Positions 27,501-35,736 of a DNA stretch of 64,000 bases are shown one piece after another. Both the position numbers and the translations under genes were made by a program. The first letter of the stretch is position 1. Each line of letters starts with the position of its first letter. Origin of the DNA: a virus; IMG/VR virus record IMGVR_UViG_3300005529_000023, positions 32,001-96,000 of that record, one strand, 5' to 3'. The notes beneath the pieces are model-generated. The model was given only the letters and a program-made list of their open reading frames with translations, was not told the DNA's origin and did no database searches.

Positions 27501-28871
27501 ATGCCAATTACAAAACAAATCAGCTCTAGAGCAAATTTAAAGCAGTCTACGACTGGTGATTTTCCGCTAATCCCAGCGCAGGTTGTTTCTAATATGTATG
27601 GCCCCGTTACATCGACGGCAGGTCAGACTATCATCAATTTGACCTTCGCTGTCTCTCAGACTAATACGGCAAACTTTATCCTCGCAATAGACGGTAAGAT
27701 CCTTAGTCTCGGCGCTTCTAACGATTATCAATTTACCAATGTTCAATCTAATGGAACTTCTTCCCAAATCACATTGAATGCATCGATCGTTGCTGGATTG
27801 AACATTCAGGCTTGGTACATAGGCGTTGCTCAGCCTCCAGTTTCTGCTACTTCGCTATCTACCTTGCAGGCACAGGCAAACCTTAGCACGGCTAGCATTC
27901 CAAAGAACTATCTTTTAAATGGAGCCTTTGATTTCTGGCAGCGTGGTACGTCAGTCACGATTGCTAACGGCGTCTCTACCTATCAGGCAGATCGTTGGTA
28001 CGTGAAGAACTCTCTGGGAACAAACGGTGTAATCACATTCTCCCAAGTCGCTGGATCACTCAATGGATCTAAGTTTGGAGCACAAGTTCAAATTACAACC
28101 GCTCCTACCGCTGCTCAAACTAACGGAACAGAACTCTATCAGACACTTGAGAACTTAAGCTTCCTTGAGCTTTACAGCCAAAATGCATGTTTCTCTGCAA
28201 ACATCAAGGCCCTTGGAAACGTAAATCAAGTTGGTCTGCAGTTCATGTCTAACACTTCAGAAGCTAAAGTCACTACGACTATCGGATCTGAAGTTACAGT
28301 TGCAGTAAACACTTCCGGGTTTACCCTTGGTCAGATTGTAAATCAGGCCCTCGGAAGTGCGATGACTACTTCTGGAGTTGTTGGAGTTCGCATTCGTATC
28401 ACTGGCGTCTCCTCTGGAAACTTATACGACCTGAATAATGGATTCATTGTAGAACAGGCGATGTTAAATCTAGGTTCTACTGCCGCAAATTTCTCTAGGG
28501 CTGGAAGACATCCAAGCTCTGAACTTGCTATGTGCCAGCGTTATTATACTAAGACATATGATTTGACAGTTGCACCCGCATCTATCACTGCCGTAGGGGC
28601 ATTAAATTCCAGTATTTCTCCAGCTTCAGGAGCCAACCAATGTGTAGCGCAGTGGTCTTTTTCTTCAAGAATGAGAGTTTCTCCTACAACAGTTACATTT
28701 TATCATCCTACAACAGGTGCCACTGGCTCTTGGGGTGATAATGTAAATAATCCTATTAACGTTGCTGTACAAACACAGGGTCAATCGAATTTGACAGTAA
28801 TCAATAGCGGTAGCGTCTCGGCTAGCGGAAAATTTGTCTATGGACATGTTACGGCGGACGCGGAGATTTAA
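27501..28871 (+). CDS. Tail fibre/receptor-binding protein C (456 aa)
   Basis: Distal domain close to A (42 of the first 48 aligned residues identical); N-terminal Ig-like module. Confidence 0.7.
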   Translation: MPITKQISSRANLKQSTTGDFPLIPAQVVSNMYGPVTSTAGQTIINLTFAVSQTNTANFILAIDGKILSLGASNDYQFTNVQSNGTSSQITLNASIVAGLNIQAWYIGVAQPPVSATSLSTLQAQANLSTASIPKNYLLNGAFDFWQRGTSVTIANGVSTYQADRWYVKNSLGTNGVITFSQVAGSLNGSKFGAQVQITTAPTAAQTNGTELYQTLENLSFLELYSQNACFSANIKALGNVNQVGLQFMSNTSEAKVTTTIGSEVTVAVNTSGFTLGQIVNQALGSAMTTSGVVGVRIRITGVSSGNLYDLNNGFIVEQAMLNLGSTAANFSRAGRHPSSELAMCQRYYTKTYDLTVAPASITAVGALNSSISPASGANQCVAQWSFSSRMRVSPTTVTFYHPTTGATGSWGDNVNNPINVAVQTQGQSNLTVINSGSVSASGKFVYGHVTADAEI

Positions 28872-28874
28872 ATT

Positions 28875-29507
28875 ATGCCATTAAGTAGCGTACTAAAAAA
28901 TCCTACAGTTCAAACTTTCACTTCTGGATCTGGAACGTACACCACTCCTTCTGGAGTAAAGTACATTACTGTATTGATGGTGGGTGGAGGAGGAGGCGGC
29001 GCTGGTGAAGCAGCCGGTGCGGGACCTGGCGGTAATGGTGGAGACACTTTATTTGGATCTCTTCTAACCGCAAAAGGTGGATCAGGTGGTAATAACAATT
29101 CGATTGGTGGAATTGGTGGTGTAGCTGGGACTGTAAATGCACCAGCGGTTCAAGTTTTAAACATGCCTGGTGGGGACGGTGCATCTGCCGGAGCTAATGT
29201 CAGTGGTGGCTCAGGTGGCATGGGCGGTGCCTCGTTTCTTGGTGGAGCAGGCCAGGGAGCCCTTGGTGCAGGGACTGGCACCGCACAGCCTGGTCATACA
29301 AATACTGGTGGTGGAGGCGGTGGTGCTACTTTAAATGGTGGTTCAGGTGGTGGAGGTGGTGGAGGCGGCGGTGTAGTTATTGCGAATATCCCTTCACCTA
29401 GTGCTTCATATTCTTATACAGTTGGTGCAGCGGGTAGTGCTGGCGCTGGGGCAAATCCTGGTGCTGCTGGTGGATCTGGCTACATTGTAGTAACTGAATA
29501 CTATTAA
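28875..29507 (+). CDS. Glycine-rich virion/fibre-associated protein
   Basis: TFTSGSGTYTTPSGVKYITVLMVGGGGGG..GGSGYIVVTEY, the common phage Gly-rich domain. Confidence 0.7.
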   Translation: MPLSSVLKNPTVQTFTSGSGTYTTPSGVKYITVLMVGGGGGGAGEAAGAGPGGNGGDTLFGSLLTAKGGSGGNNNSIGGIGGVAGTVNAPAVQVLNMPGGDGASAGANVSGGSGGMGGASFLGGAGQGALGAGTGTAQPGHTNTGGGGGGATLNGGSGGGGGGGGGVVIANIPSPSASYSYTVGAAGSAGAGANPGAAGGSGYIVVTEYY

Positions 29508-29557
29508 AATAGCGATCCCAATTTCCATAATTCGATACGGATGTTTGGATTTAATTT

Positions 29558-30550
29558 TTAACGGCGATCGTTCTTCAAAATTTCCTTAACAGCTTCTTTG
29601 ACTAGTTTGCGATCCTGTCCAAGATTGAATCTTCCATGAGAATCACTGGCCCAAAGCTTTGATCCCGGTGTCCAAGTGATGCCGGATTTAGTGAGTAGTC
29701 TATGGCAGGCACCATCCACAGGGGCGTAGTAGAACATCCCATCCTGGCATATTGGTTGGTTTCCGAAAAACTTTTCTAGTTTGCTCCATTCCCCTCTATT
29801 ATCATTCAGGGCATTCTTGGCCCTGTATTCAAAGTTCTCCCAAAAGGTCTTGCTTCTATAGTCCTTCAAAACTTGTAACAGGATCACGTTACTGGCACTG
29901 CTCAACCCGCAGTACTCCGCTTCTACAAGCGCCGCCAATCGTAGGGCTAAGGCATCGTCATTGGTGGCTATCCAGCCAGTACGGAGCCCGTTTAGGCCCA
30001 AAAGTTTTGAGTAAGATCCGACTATGAGATCATGAGTAGGCGGATGGTAAAATCCAGAGATGTATACCTTGCTGTAATACACAGCATCCCAAATTACTGG
30101 CGTTGGAGTCCAAATGTTTTCGTTGATCGCCCCGGTAGGGTTTGCGGGAGAATCGAGTAGGGTCACTGGATTCTGTTGACTGAGCACCTTTTGAGTAGTT
30201 GGCATGTCATAGAAGTGTTGCATGCCAGCGGCCTGAATCATGGCCGGATAGACGGGGAAGAAAGGAGGTTTGCGCGTGTAAACTGTTTTGTGCCCTTTTT
30301 GCTCATATGCGCGCAGCGCAATGGTAACTCCGCCCGTTGCTCCATTGGTTAGAAAGATGTGCTTATAAGTCCGTCCTATTTGTCTTTCGAGTACTTTGCG
30401 CGTGATCTCGATGAGGGTTGGATCTCCATTGTGGGGTGTATAGCGTAGGTTCTCATCGCTCATCTTGAAGAAGATGGTCTTAGGAATTCCTTCTAAAAAG
30501 GCATGACGAATGGCTACAGCATTTCCCCAAGCTAGATCGAACTGTTTCAT
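29558..30550 (-). CDS. PLP-dependent aminotransferase class I/II (HisC/CobD-like fold)
   Basis: TNGATGG, P.FPVY, DSPANPTG, WDAVY, SYSKLLGLNGLRTGW (PLP lysine). Confidence 0.85.
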   Translation of the reverse strand: MKQFDLAWGNAVAIRHAFLEGIPKTIFFKMSDENLRYTPHNGDPTLIEITRKVLERQIGRTYKHIFLTNGATGGVTIALRAYEQKGHKTVYTRKPPFFPVYPAMIQAAGMQHFYDMPTTQKVLSQQNPVTLLDSPANPTGAINENIWTPTPVIWDAVYYSKVYISGFYHPPTHDLIVGSYSKLLGLNGLRTGWIATNDDALALRLAALVEAEYCGLSSASNVILLQVLKDYRSKTFWENFEYRAKNALNDNRGEWSKLEKFFGNQPICQDGMFYYAPVDGACHRLLTKSGITWTPGSKLWASDSHGRFNLGQDRKLVKEAVKEILKNDRR

Positions 30551-30882
30551 TTTTTCCTATTTACACCTACGCCAGCTGCCGCAATGACGTTTAATGGCAT
30601 ATCCTCATGTCTACTGATAAGAGCTAGCATGATCGTTTTGTGAGGCTCTGGAAGGGTCTCGGCGAAGTTGTAGAAGTCCTTGAGCACATGGGTGTACGTA
30701 TTACAGAGCATGTCTCCAACTGGGGTAAGCGAGCCGCCCGAACCCCTAGCTAAATTCTTTACCCTAGCATTGATTTCGTAGATACCATGCTTCTCAGGGG
30801 GCTTCTCTTTCGGAACTTCTTGACCAAAGTGTTCGGCTAGTTCGGATGCACTCATTGGCGTTCCTTCGCTTTCGTTACTCAT
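30547..30882 (-). CDS. Hypothetical protein (111 aa)
   Basis: ATGA overlaps in a packed operon. Confidence 0.6.
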   Translation of the reverse strand: MSNESEGTPMSASELAEHFGQEVPKEKPPEKHGIYEINARVKNLARGSGGSLTPVGDMLCNTYTHVLKDFYNFAETLPEPHKTIMLALISRHEDMPLNVIAAAGVGVNRKK

Positions 30883-31073
30883 TCTTCCTCATCTCTGTAA
30901 GGATTACCTGCATCAGAGTACAAGGTCTCAGCTTCCTGCAGAGTATCGCAATCGTGATCCTCGAATAGGCCCATGAGTTCCAGGGCTACTTTCTTACGTT
31001 TCTTCTTTGGAACGAAATCCTTGAAGAGATCCCAAACATTTCCTGCTAATTCGCTACCGCTAGCCCAGCCCAT
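30879..31073 (-). CDS. Hypothetical phage protein (MGWASGSEL...)
   Basis: GGAG RBS; operon packing. Confidence 0.6.
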   Translation of the reverse strand: MGWASGSELAGNVWDLFKDFVPKKKRKKVALELMGLFEDHDCDTLQEAETLYSDAGNPYRDEEE

Positions 31074-31081
31074 GTTGACTC

Positions 31082-31525
31082 CTATGCTGCGTGACAGGGG
31101 CAGGCATCGTGATGAGCCTTCCTGTAGTCTTCATCCATACAAGCGCGAAGGATTTCTCTTCCGAGGTCTTCTGCGCCATTGTCACCGTAGGTGCAAACAC
31201 CGCTCACCTTTGGAATGTCCGTTTTCAAGACTTGCGAACAAACCTGCTGAACAGACTCTTGAAAAGACTTACCAAGAAAGGTCTCAACACCGGCTGGTGT
31301 CCGAAAGTGGGCGACGAACATTCTCGTCACATCCTCCCTATCAATACCAAAGGAGTAGTCGGGATTGTCGCAGAGATGGCTATGAGCCTCAACCATGGTC
31401 TCGATAGTTGCCTTTCTTTCCTCATCCGACATCTTGTTTAGTTCCTCGGGAAGAACGTCGCACCAAGCGTAACAAGTTCCATTGCAGGGTTCGTACTTGA
31501 ATCTAAAGAGCTTCCTCATTTTCAT
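31082..31525 (-). CDS. Hypothetical protein with Cys/His clusters
   Basis: Likely start at MKMRKL (31525 or 31519). Confidence 0.55.
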   Translation of the reverse strand: MKMRKLFRFKYEPCNGTCYAWCDVLPEELNKMSDEERKATIETMVEAHSHLCDNPDYSFGIDREDVTRMFVAHFRTPAGVETFLGKSFQESVQQVCSQVLKTDIPKVSGVCTYGDNGAEDLGREILRACMDEDYRKAHHDACPCHAA

Positions 31526-31871
31526 TCCTTTCGTGTATGTGGACATAAACAGGTTTATTCAATGATTTCATTTGGTTAATCATATGTCTAGTACCAGGAC
31601 TTTTCCCATCCCAAACAGCAACTAGAGCATCGGCGTACTTTGCCATCTCGGTATTTCTATAGGGACCAGCAGCTCGGCCGAATTTCTTCCAATCGGCAGG
31701 AAAGACTTTGACCGGCATATGATGGAGTCTCGCCAGTGCTTCCCCGACGTGATCTACGCCTCTAGCACCGCCAGACACAACTTCCGTGAACTCGAAGCCA
31801 GACTTCCTGATGGCATCAGCTACTACTGCCCAATCTTCAATATCACGGCTGCCAGCGATGATGACTTTCAT
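31503..31871 (-). CDS. SLOG-superfamily protein (DUF2493/YspA-like)
   Basis: KVIIAGSR, VSGGARGVD, FPADW..FGRAAGPYRN.EMA, WDGKSPGT. Confidence 0.85.
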   Translation of the reverse strand: MKVIIAGSRDIEDWAVVADAIRKSGFEFTEVVSGGARGVDHVGEALARLHHMPVKVFPADWKKFGRAAGPYRNTEMAKYADALVAVWDGKSPGTRHMINQMKSLNKPVYVHIHERNENEEAL

Positions 31872-32062
31872 GTTTTGTTTCCCTTAGCTTTTTTATTAGC
31901 CGAGTTAAGGGGATTACAATCGTTGCAAATATGGCCCTTCGAGTAAACCTTGTTATCGAATAGTTCTAGCCAATCATCCGGTGTAAGCCAATGTTCTCCA
32001 TTGTATTTTAACGGAGCACGTTTTTTACATTTGTCGCATTCAACCTCATGAATGTACGTCAT
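31868..32062 (-). CDS. Small zinc-finger protein
   Basis: CDKC...CNDC. Confidence 0.55.
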   Translation of the reverse strand: MTYIHEVECDKCKKRAPLKYNGEHWLTPDDWLELFDNKVYSKGHICNDCNPLNSANKKAKGNKT

Positions 32063-32634
32063 TTGTCTTTCCTATACATCTCAAACAAAGAAAGCTTCTT
32101 TCTCTTCTGAGCGGTAATTCCTAGAGATGCCAGGTTCTTTTCATACTTCTGGATGATGTCCATCCCCTGTTCGGGAGAGATATCTTGGTCTTCGTTGACT
32201 TCGATCTCTAGGAAGTTGGCATGCTTGCCATTTTGGTCTCTGACTGTGTAGTAGACCAAAATGGCATCTTCGTAGTGGTAGATATCGCACATCTTGTAGA
32301 TGCGAAAGTTCTCTGAGAAGCCGATGGAGTTGCAGAAGCTCTCGACTCGGCTAGGATCATTGCCGTCCACTCGTAGATTTGGCTCAGTTCTTACGATGTT
32401 GTTTTTTTCAACATGCTTGATCTTTGGGGTCAGTTCTGCGCGAGGGTCTTTCATGTTTACGACCGGCATTCTATATCTGAGGAAGAGGCCATCTTTGTTG
32501 ATGTAGTAGACATCGTCCGACTCTACGTAGATGAAGGACTTTGGAGAGAGATCTTCGGCGATCTTCTTGAATGCCATTCTGTCAATTTCACTAGCGTCGT
32601 ATTTTGTTTCAATCTCTAGATACTTTTTTGTCAT
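32059..32634 (-). CDS. CYTH/triphosphate-tunnel metalloenzyme
   Basis: EIETK (ExExK), FLRYR, ELTPK, FLEIEV. Confidence 0.8.
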   Translation of the reverse strand: MTKKYLEIETKYDASEIDRMAFKKIAEDLSPKSFIYVESDDVYYINKDGLFLRYRMPVVNMKDPRAELTPKIKHVEKNNIVRTEPNLRVDGNDPSRVESFCNSIGFSENFRIYKMCDIYHYEDAILVYYTVRDQNGKHANFLEIEVNEDQDISPEQGMDIIQKYEKNLASLGITAQKRKKLSLFEMYRKDK

Positions 32635-33134
32635 GCGTTTACCTTCATCAATTCCTTACTGATTTCCTCAGACTTTGAAGCCTTATACATCGCACACCTC
32701 TGATTGAAGGTCTGACCTGCTGCATGAATGGTGACGATTTTCTCGTAGTTTAGACCGTTTTGAAGCTCCGTTTCAAGGAGTTTCCTTACATCTGCTTCTT
32801 CTTTGTCGATAAATTCCTTATCGAGCCTTGCCTCTATTGCCCTAATTTTGTTATCTTCTTCGATCTGATCGAGCGTGTCTGGAGGAAGCATTTGGTCGGA
32901 GCCAGAGACAAAGCCGCAGAGCCTGCAGACTTTGATGGTGATATTTCCCTTGTCCGAGATAGCCGGCATATCGATCCAGGTGTGGGGAGCCTTGCACATC
33001 TTATTTTGGTCAACTTTGCTAGGTGCGAACTTCGACATCTTCCTTTTTTCCAGGAAGTATAGGAAGGCACTTTTCCAGATGGGAAACTGGTAGCCAACAT
33101 AGAGGGAAATCAACGCAACAAGCAATGTGATCAT
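32631..33134 (-). CDS. Membrane-anchored hypothetical protein with Cys/His motif
   Basis: N-terminal hydrophobic helix; C..PH.W...CRLC. Confidence 0.55.
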   Translation of the reverse strand: MITLLVALISLYVGYQFPIWKSAFLYFLEKRKMSKFAPSKVDQNKMCKAPHTWIDMPAISDKGNITIKVCRLCGFVSGSDQMLPPDTLDQIEEDNKIRAIEARLDKEFIDKEEADVRKLLETELQNGLNYEKIVTIHAAGQTFNQRCAMYKASKSEEISKELMKVNA

Positions 33135-33733
33135 TCGTTTTCTCCTAGCACTTTGTCCGCTAGTCCAAGGGCTACAGATTCTCGTGCAGTCAAGAACGTA
33201 TCATGGTCAAGTAATTTTTGCAATCGCCCTAATTTGTAGAGTGGGTGTTTCTCTACAATTTTTTCCAGGTACATCTTCTCCATCCACTTGTCGATTCTCT
33301 TGAACTCATCGACGATCTTATAGGCAGTCTTGGCATGTTTGTCTACGCCGAGACTTCCATAATGAATCATCTGACTCGCATTGGGCGCCATGATTCTTTC
33401 TTTCGCGGCCTGGAGGATGATTGAGCCCATCGACATAGCGTGCCCAAATACAACGATTTTTACGTGGCTCTGGCAGGATTTGATAGCGTCGTAGATCGCA
33501 AGTCCATGGTTTACGTCTCCACCAATGTTGTTCATCTGAATCGTGATTGGTTCCTGATTCAGGTTTTCTAGGATGTGGAGGTTCTTGATCGTTCGCTCAG
33601 CCATCGCGGCGTCGCAGCCGCTTTCACTGTCGATCTCGATATTCTCGGAGCCCATGAAAATAGTGCGCGTAGGAAGATAGAGCTTATAGTCGTGGAAACG
33701 ATCGATGTCGTCTCTGTTATGCCTCTTGCTCAT
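33131..33733 (-). CDS. clpP: ClpP-like serine protease (S14)
   Basis: NNIGGDV..GLAIYD, AMSMG (Ser), MIHYG (His), DHDTFLTARESVALGLAD. ATGA overlap sets the start at 33733. Confidence 0.8.
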   Translation of the reverse strand: MSKRHNRDDIDRFHDYKLYLPTRTIFMGSENIEIDSESGCDAAMAERTIKNLHILENLNQEPITIQMNNIGGDVNHGLAIYDAIKSCQSHVKIVVFGHAMSMGSIILQAAKERIMAPNASQMIHYGSLGVDKHAKTAYKIVDEFKRIDKWMEKMYLEKIVEKHPLYKLGRLQKLLDHDTFLTARESVALGLADKVLGENE

Positions 33734-34635
33734 TTGTCTGTTTTCCCATCGTAAGCATATTTGAATCCGCTTCGTATAGTGATCAGCCACTCCTTCTCGC
33801 GAAAGTCTCTGTCTTCCTGGAAGTAGTATCCTAACTTGTCAATAGTATCATCTTCAGAGTAGCCTGCCAAGGCGAACTCGATTGCTATTGCGAACCATTG
33901 CTTGTTTCTGCCCTTCGTGGGGTCAAAACCATTCTCCAGACGATCCCAAACCCAGTCCTTTACGCGATCAAAGCTGTTCTTGTCATTGTCGGATACCTTA
34001 CGCTTTTCCCGTTCCTTGGGTTTGGCATCGGGATACCTGTTTAGCCATGCAACAAAGTCGGTTATTTTAGTTGGACCCTTATATTCGACTAGGATCTGCT
34101 TCTTGCCGGGCTCTCTATAAGCACCGGGAATACGAATTGATCGCGAAGGGTTGATCGTGTTTTGGTCGGCGGCAGTGTAGATTGCCCTGATCCACTCACT
34201 GAAAAGCCTGTATACCTTTTCGCTGGGTAGATCGGTATCCAGGGAAACCAAGAAGTGGAGGCTTTTATTGCCAGAAAAGACGCAGGCGCTATAAGGGAGG
34301 CCCAGTTTATCGATATAAGCCTTTTGCTCTTTAAGTGGTCCATAGTCTACCTCGATGAGGAAGTTGCGGAAAGCGGTACAGTGTTGATCGAGACGGTACC
34401 CTTTGATAGGGTTCAATGCCACCAGGGTAAGGATATCGCTGCTCACGCGCTCAATCCCTTGCTCAAAGGTGATTTTTCTCTTAGCAACGCTGTCTTCGGT
34501 AGGAACAAGAACTACCGGCCCCTCTAAGGCCATTTGCAAGGGAACACTGTGGTAGCCATACTTGTTATAGCTAACACATACAGTTTCCCCCGGCCTGAAC
34601 ATCAGGTTGAGGAGTTTCTTTCCTGTTTCATCCAT
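33730..34635 (-). CDS. Archaeo-eukaryotic-type (AEP/RepB-like) primase with C-terminal PriCT-like domain
   Basis: FLIEVD, FSGNKSLH, DQNTINPSRSIRIPG, GRNKQWF; near the helicase. Confidence 0.7.
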   Translation of the reverse strand: MDETGKKLLNLMFRPGETVCVSYNKYGYHSVPLQMALEGPVVLVPTEDSVAKRKITFEQGIERVSSDILTLVALNPIKGYRLDQHCTAFRNFLIEVDYGPLKEQKAYIDKLGLPYSACVFSGNKSLHFLVSLDTDLPSEKVYRLFSEWIRAIYTAADQNTINPSRSIRIPGAYREPGKKQILVEYKGPTKITDFVAWLNRYPDAKPKEREKRKVSDNDKNSFDRVKDWVWDRLENGFDPTKGRNKQWFAIAIEFALAGYSEDDTIDKLGYYFQEDRDFREKEWLITIRSGFKYAYDGKTDK

Positions 34636-35028
34636 TTAGACCTTTGCAGAGCCAGCAAGTTCCTCGTGAAGTAACTGTTTTTGTTTCTCGTGCTCTTGCT
34701 TAGCTCTTTGTTCTTCTTGATGTTGCTTGATTCTTGCTTTGATCTCGTCGAGTTGTTTCTTTCTCTCAAGCATGTACTCGCGAACGGACTCCACGGTATA
34801 ACGTTTGATCGTCGAGCGATATGTACCCCTCGGAGTCTTCACTGGAACGTTCACTTTCCTTTCAGAGCCCGGATCATCGTCCGTTGGGCCTGGAACGAAC
34901 TCTGTCACTTCTTCAGTAATGAGTTCAGGGTGCCCGTTGCTGATCAGCTTCTGCCAACGGCTGGTAGAACCGAAGACTTCCTTAGAAAGGGCGTTCAATT
35001 CTTCTTTGACTTCACGGGCTACTTGCAT
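34636..35028 (-). CDS. Hypothetical protein (130 aa)
   Basis: Operon packing; coiled-coil C-terminus. Confidence 0.55.
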   Translation of the reverse strand: MQVAREVKEELNALSKEVFGSTSRWQKLISNGHPELITEEVTEFVPGPTDDDPGSERKVNVPVKTPRGTYRSTIKRYTVESVREYMLERKKQLDEIKARIKQHQEEQRAKQEHEKQKQLLHEELAGSAKV

Positions 35029-35363
35029 CAGCCTTCCTCTTTCGTTACGCTAATACCATCTACCGTCTGAGATAGGTTACGACTTGAATTTTCATTTTCG
35101 GCCTGTTCAATGAGGGCATGGATCTCGTCTGGAGTCTCCAAAACATGAGTTTCTTCGCCGTTTGCGAGAACAACAGTGCTTCCTAGATGTTCTTCGAGAA
35201 CAATACGGGTGTCATTTATGACTTTCCCGGTCCAGAAAGTCTGGTAGCTGTATTCTTCCTCAAGCTCTATATCATCGACGTAGGGTTCTACGCGAACTAC
35301 ATCGCGTAGAGCGACAAGCTCAGTTCCATTTCCGAAAAAATCGGTCAACTTAAGAAACGTCAT
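35028..35363 (-). CDS. Hypothetical acidic protein (MTFLKL...)
   Basis: AGGAG RBS before the ATG at 35363. Confidence 0.55.
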   Translation of the reverse strand: MTFLKLTDFFGNGTELVALRDVVRVEPYVDDIELEEEYSYQTFWTGKVINDTRIVLEEHLGSTVVLANGEETHVLETPDEIHALIEQAENENSSRNLSQTVDGISVTKEEG

Positions 35364-35736
35364 CGGAGTCTCCTTTTGGACAATCACATGCTTCGCATGG
35401 ACCATCGTGTGTTGGTGTTTCTGCCTGCTCTTTTTTACCACAGGTACAATCGCTACAATATCCCTTATTTTCTTGTTTTACAACCGTGAATCTAACTTCA
35501 TCGTTGGTTCCAACGCCAAGTACGATGACATTATTGTTTGGAAAAAGATCCTTAAGTTGCCGTTGTAAGTAGCCTAAAGAAGCATGGCTCACATCGTCAT
35601 TTTTGATGACAACGGAGAGTACATCTCCTGGTCCTAAGCTGATTTTAGTGACTTCCGCCACATCAAAACCGAAGTAACCTTGGCTAGGGCTGCTGGCCTG
35701 GTTGTCCGGTGGACTGTTGTTCTGGTCCTGTTCCAT
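35350..35736 (-). CDS. Hypothetical protein with Cys-rich C-terminus
   Basis: Likely start MEQDQ at 35736; CSDCTC..CEACDC. Confidence 0.5.
   Translation of the reverse strand: MEQDQNNSPPDNQASSPSQGYFGFDVAEVTKISLGPGDVLSVVIKNDDVSHASLGYLQRQLKDLFPNNNVIVLGVGTNDEVRFTVVKQENKGYCSDCTCGKKEQAETPTHDGPCEACDCPKGDSDDVS

Noticed and set aside
23728-28871. Complete diversity-generating retroelement
   Set aside because: No reverse transcriptase, accessory gene or adenine-specific template repeat is visible in the window.
28875-29507. GGN-rich runs as a DNA repeat or G-quadruplex element
   Set aside because: Explained by glycine codons of a common Gly-rich phage domain.
29508-29557. Intrinsic terminator between the convergent modules
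   Set aside because: No convincing GC-rich hairpin with a U-tract could be identified by eye.
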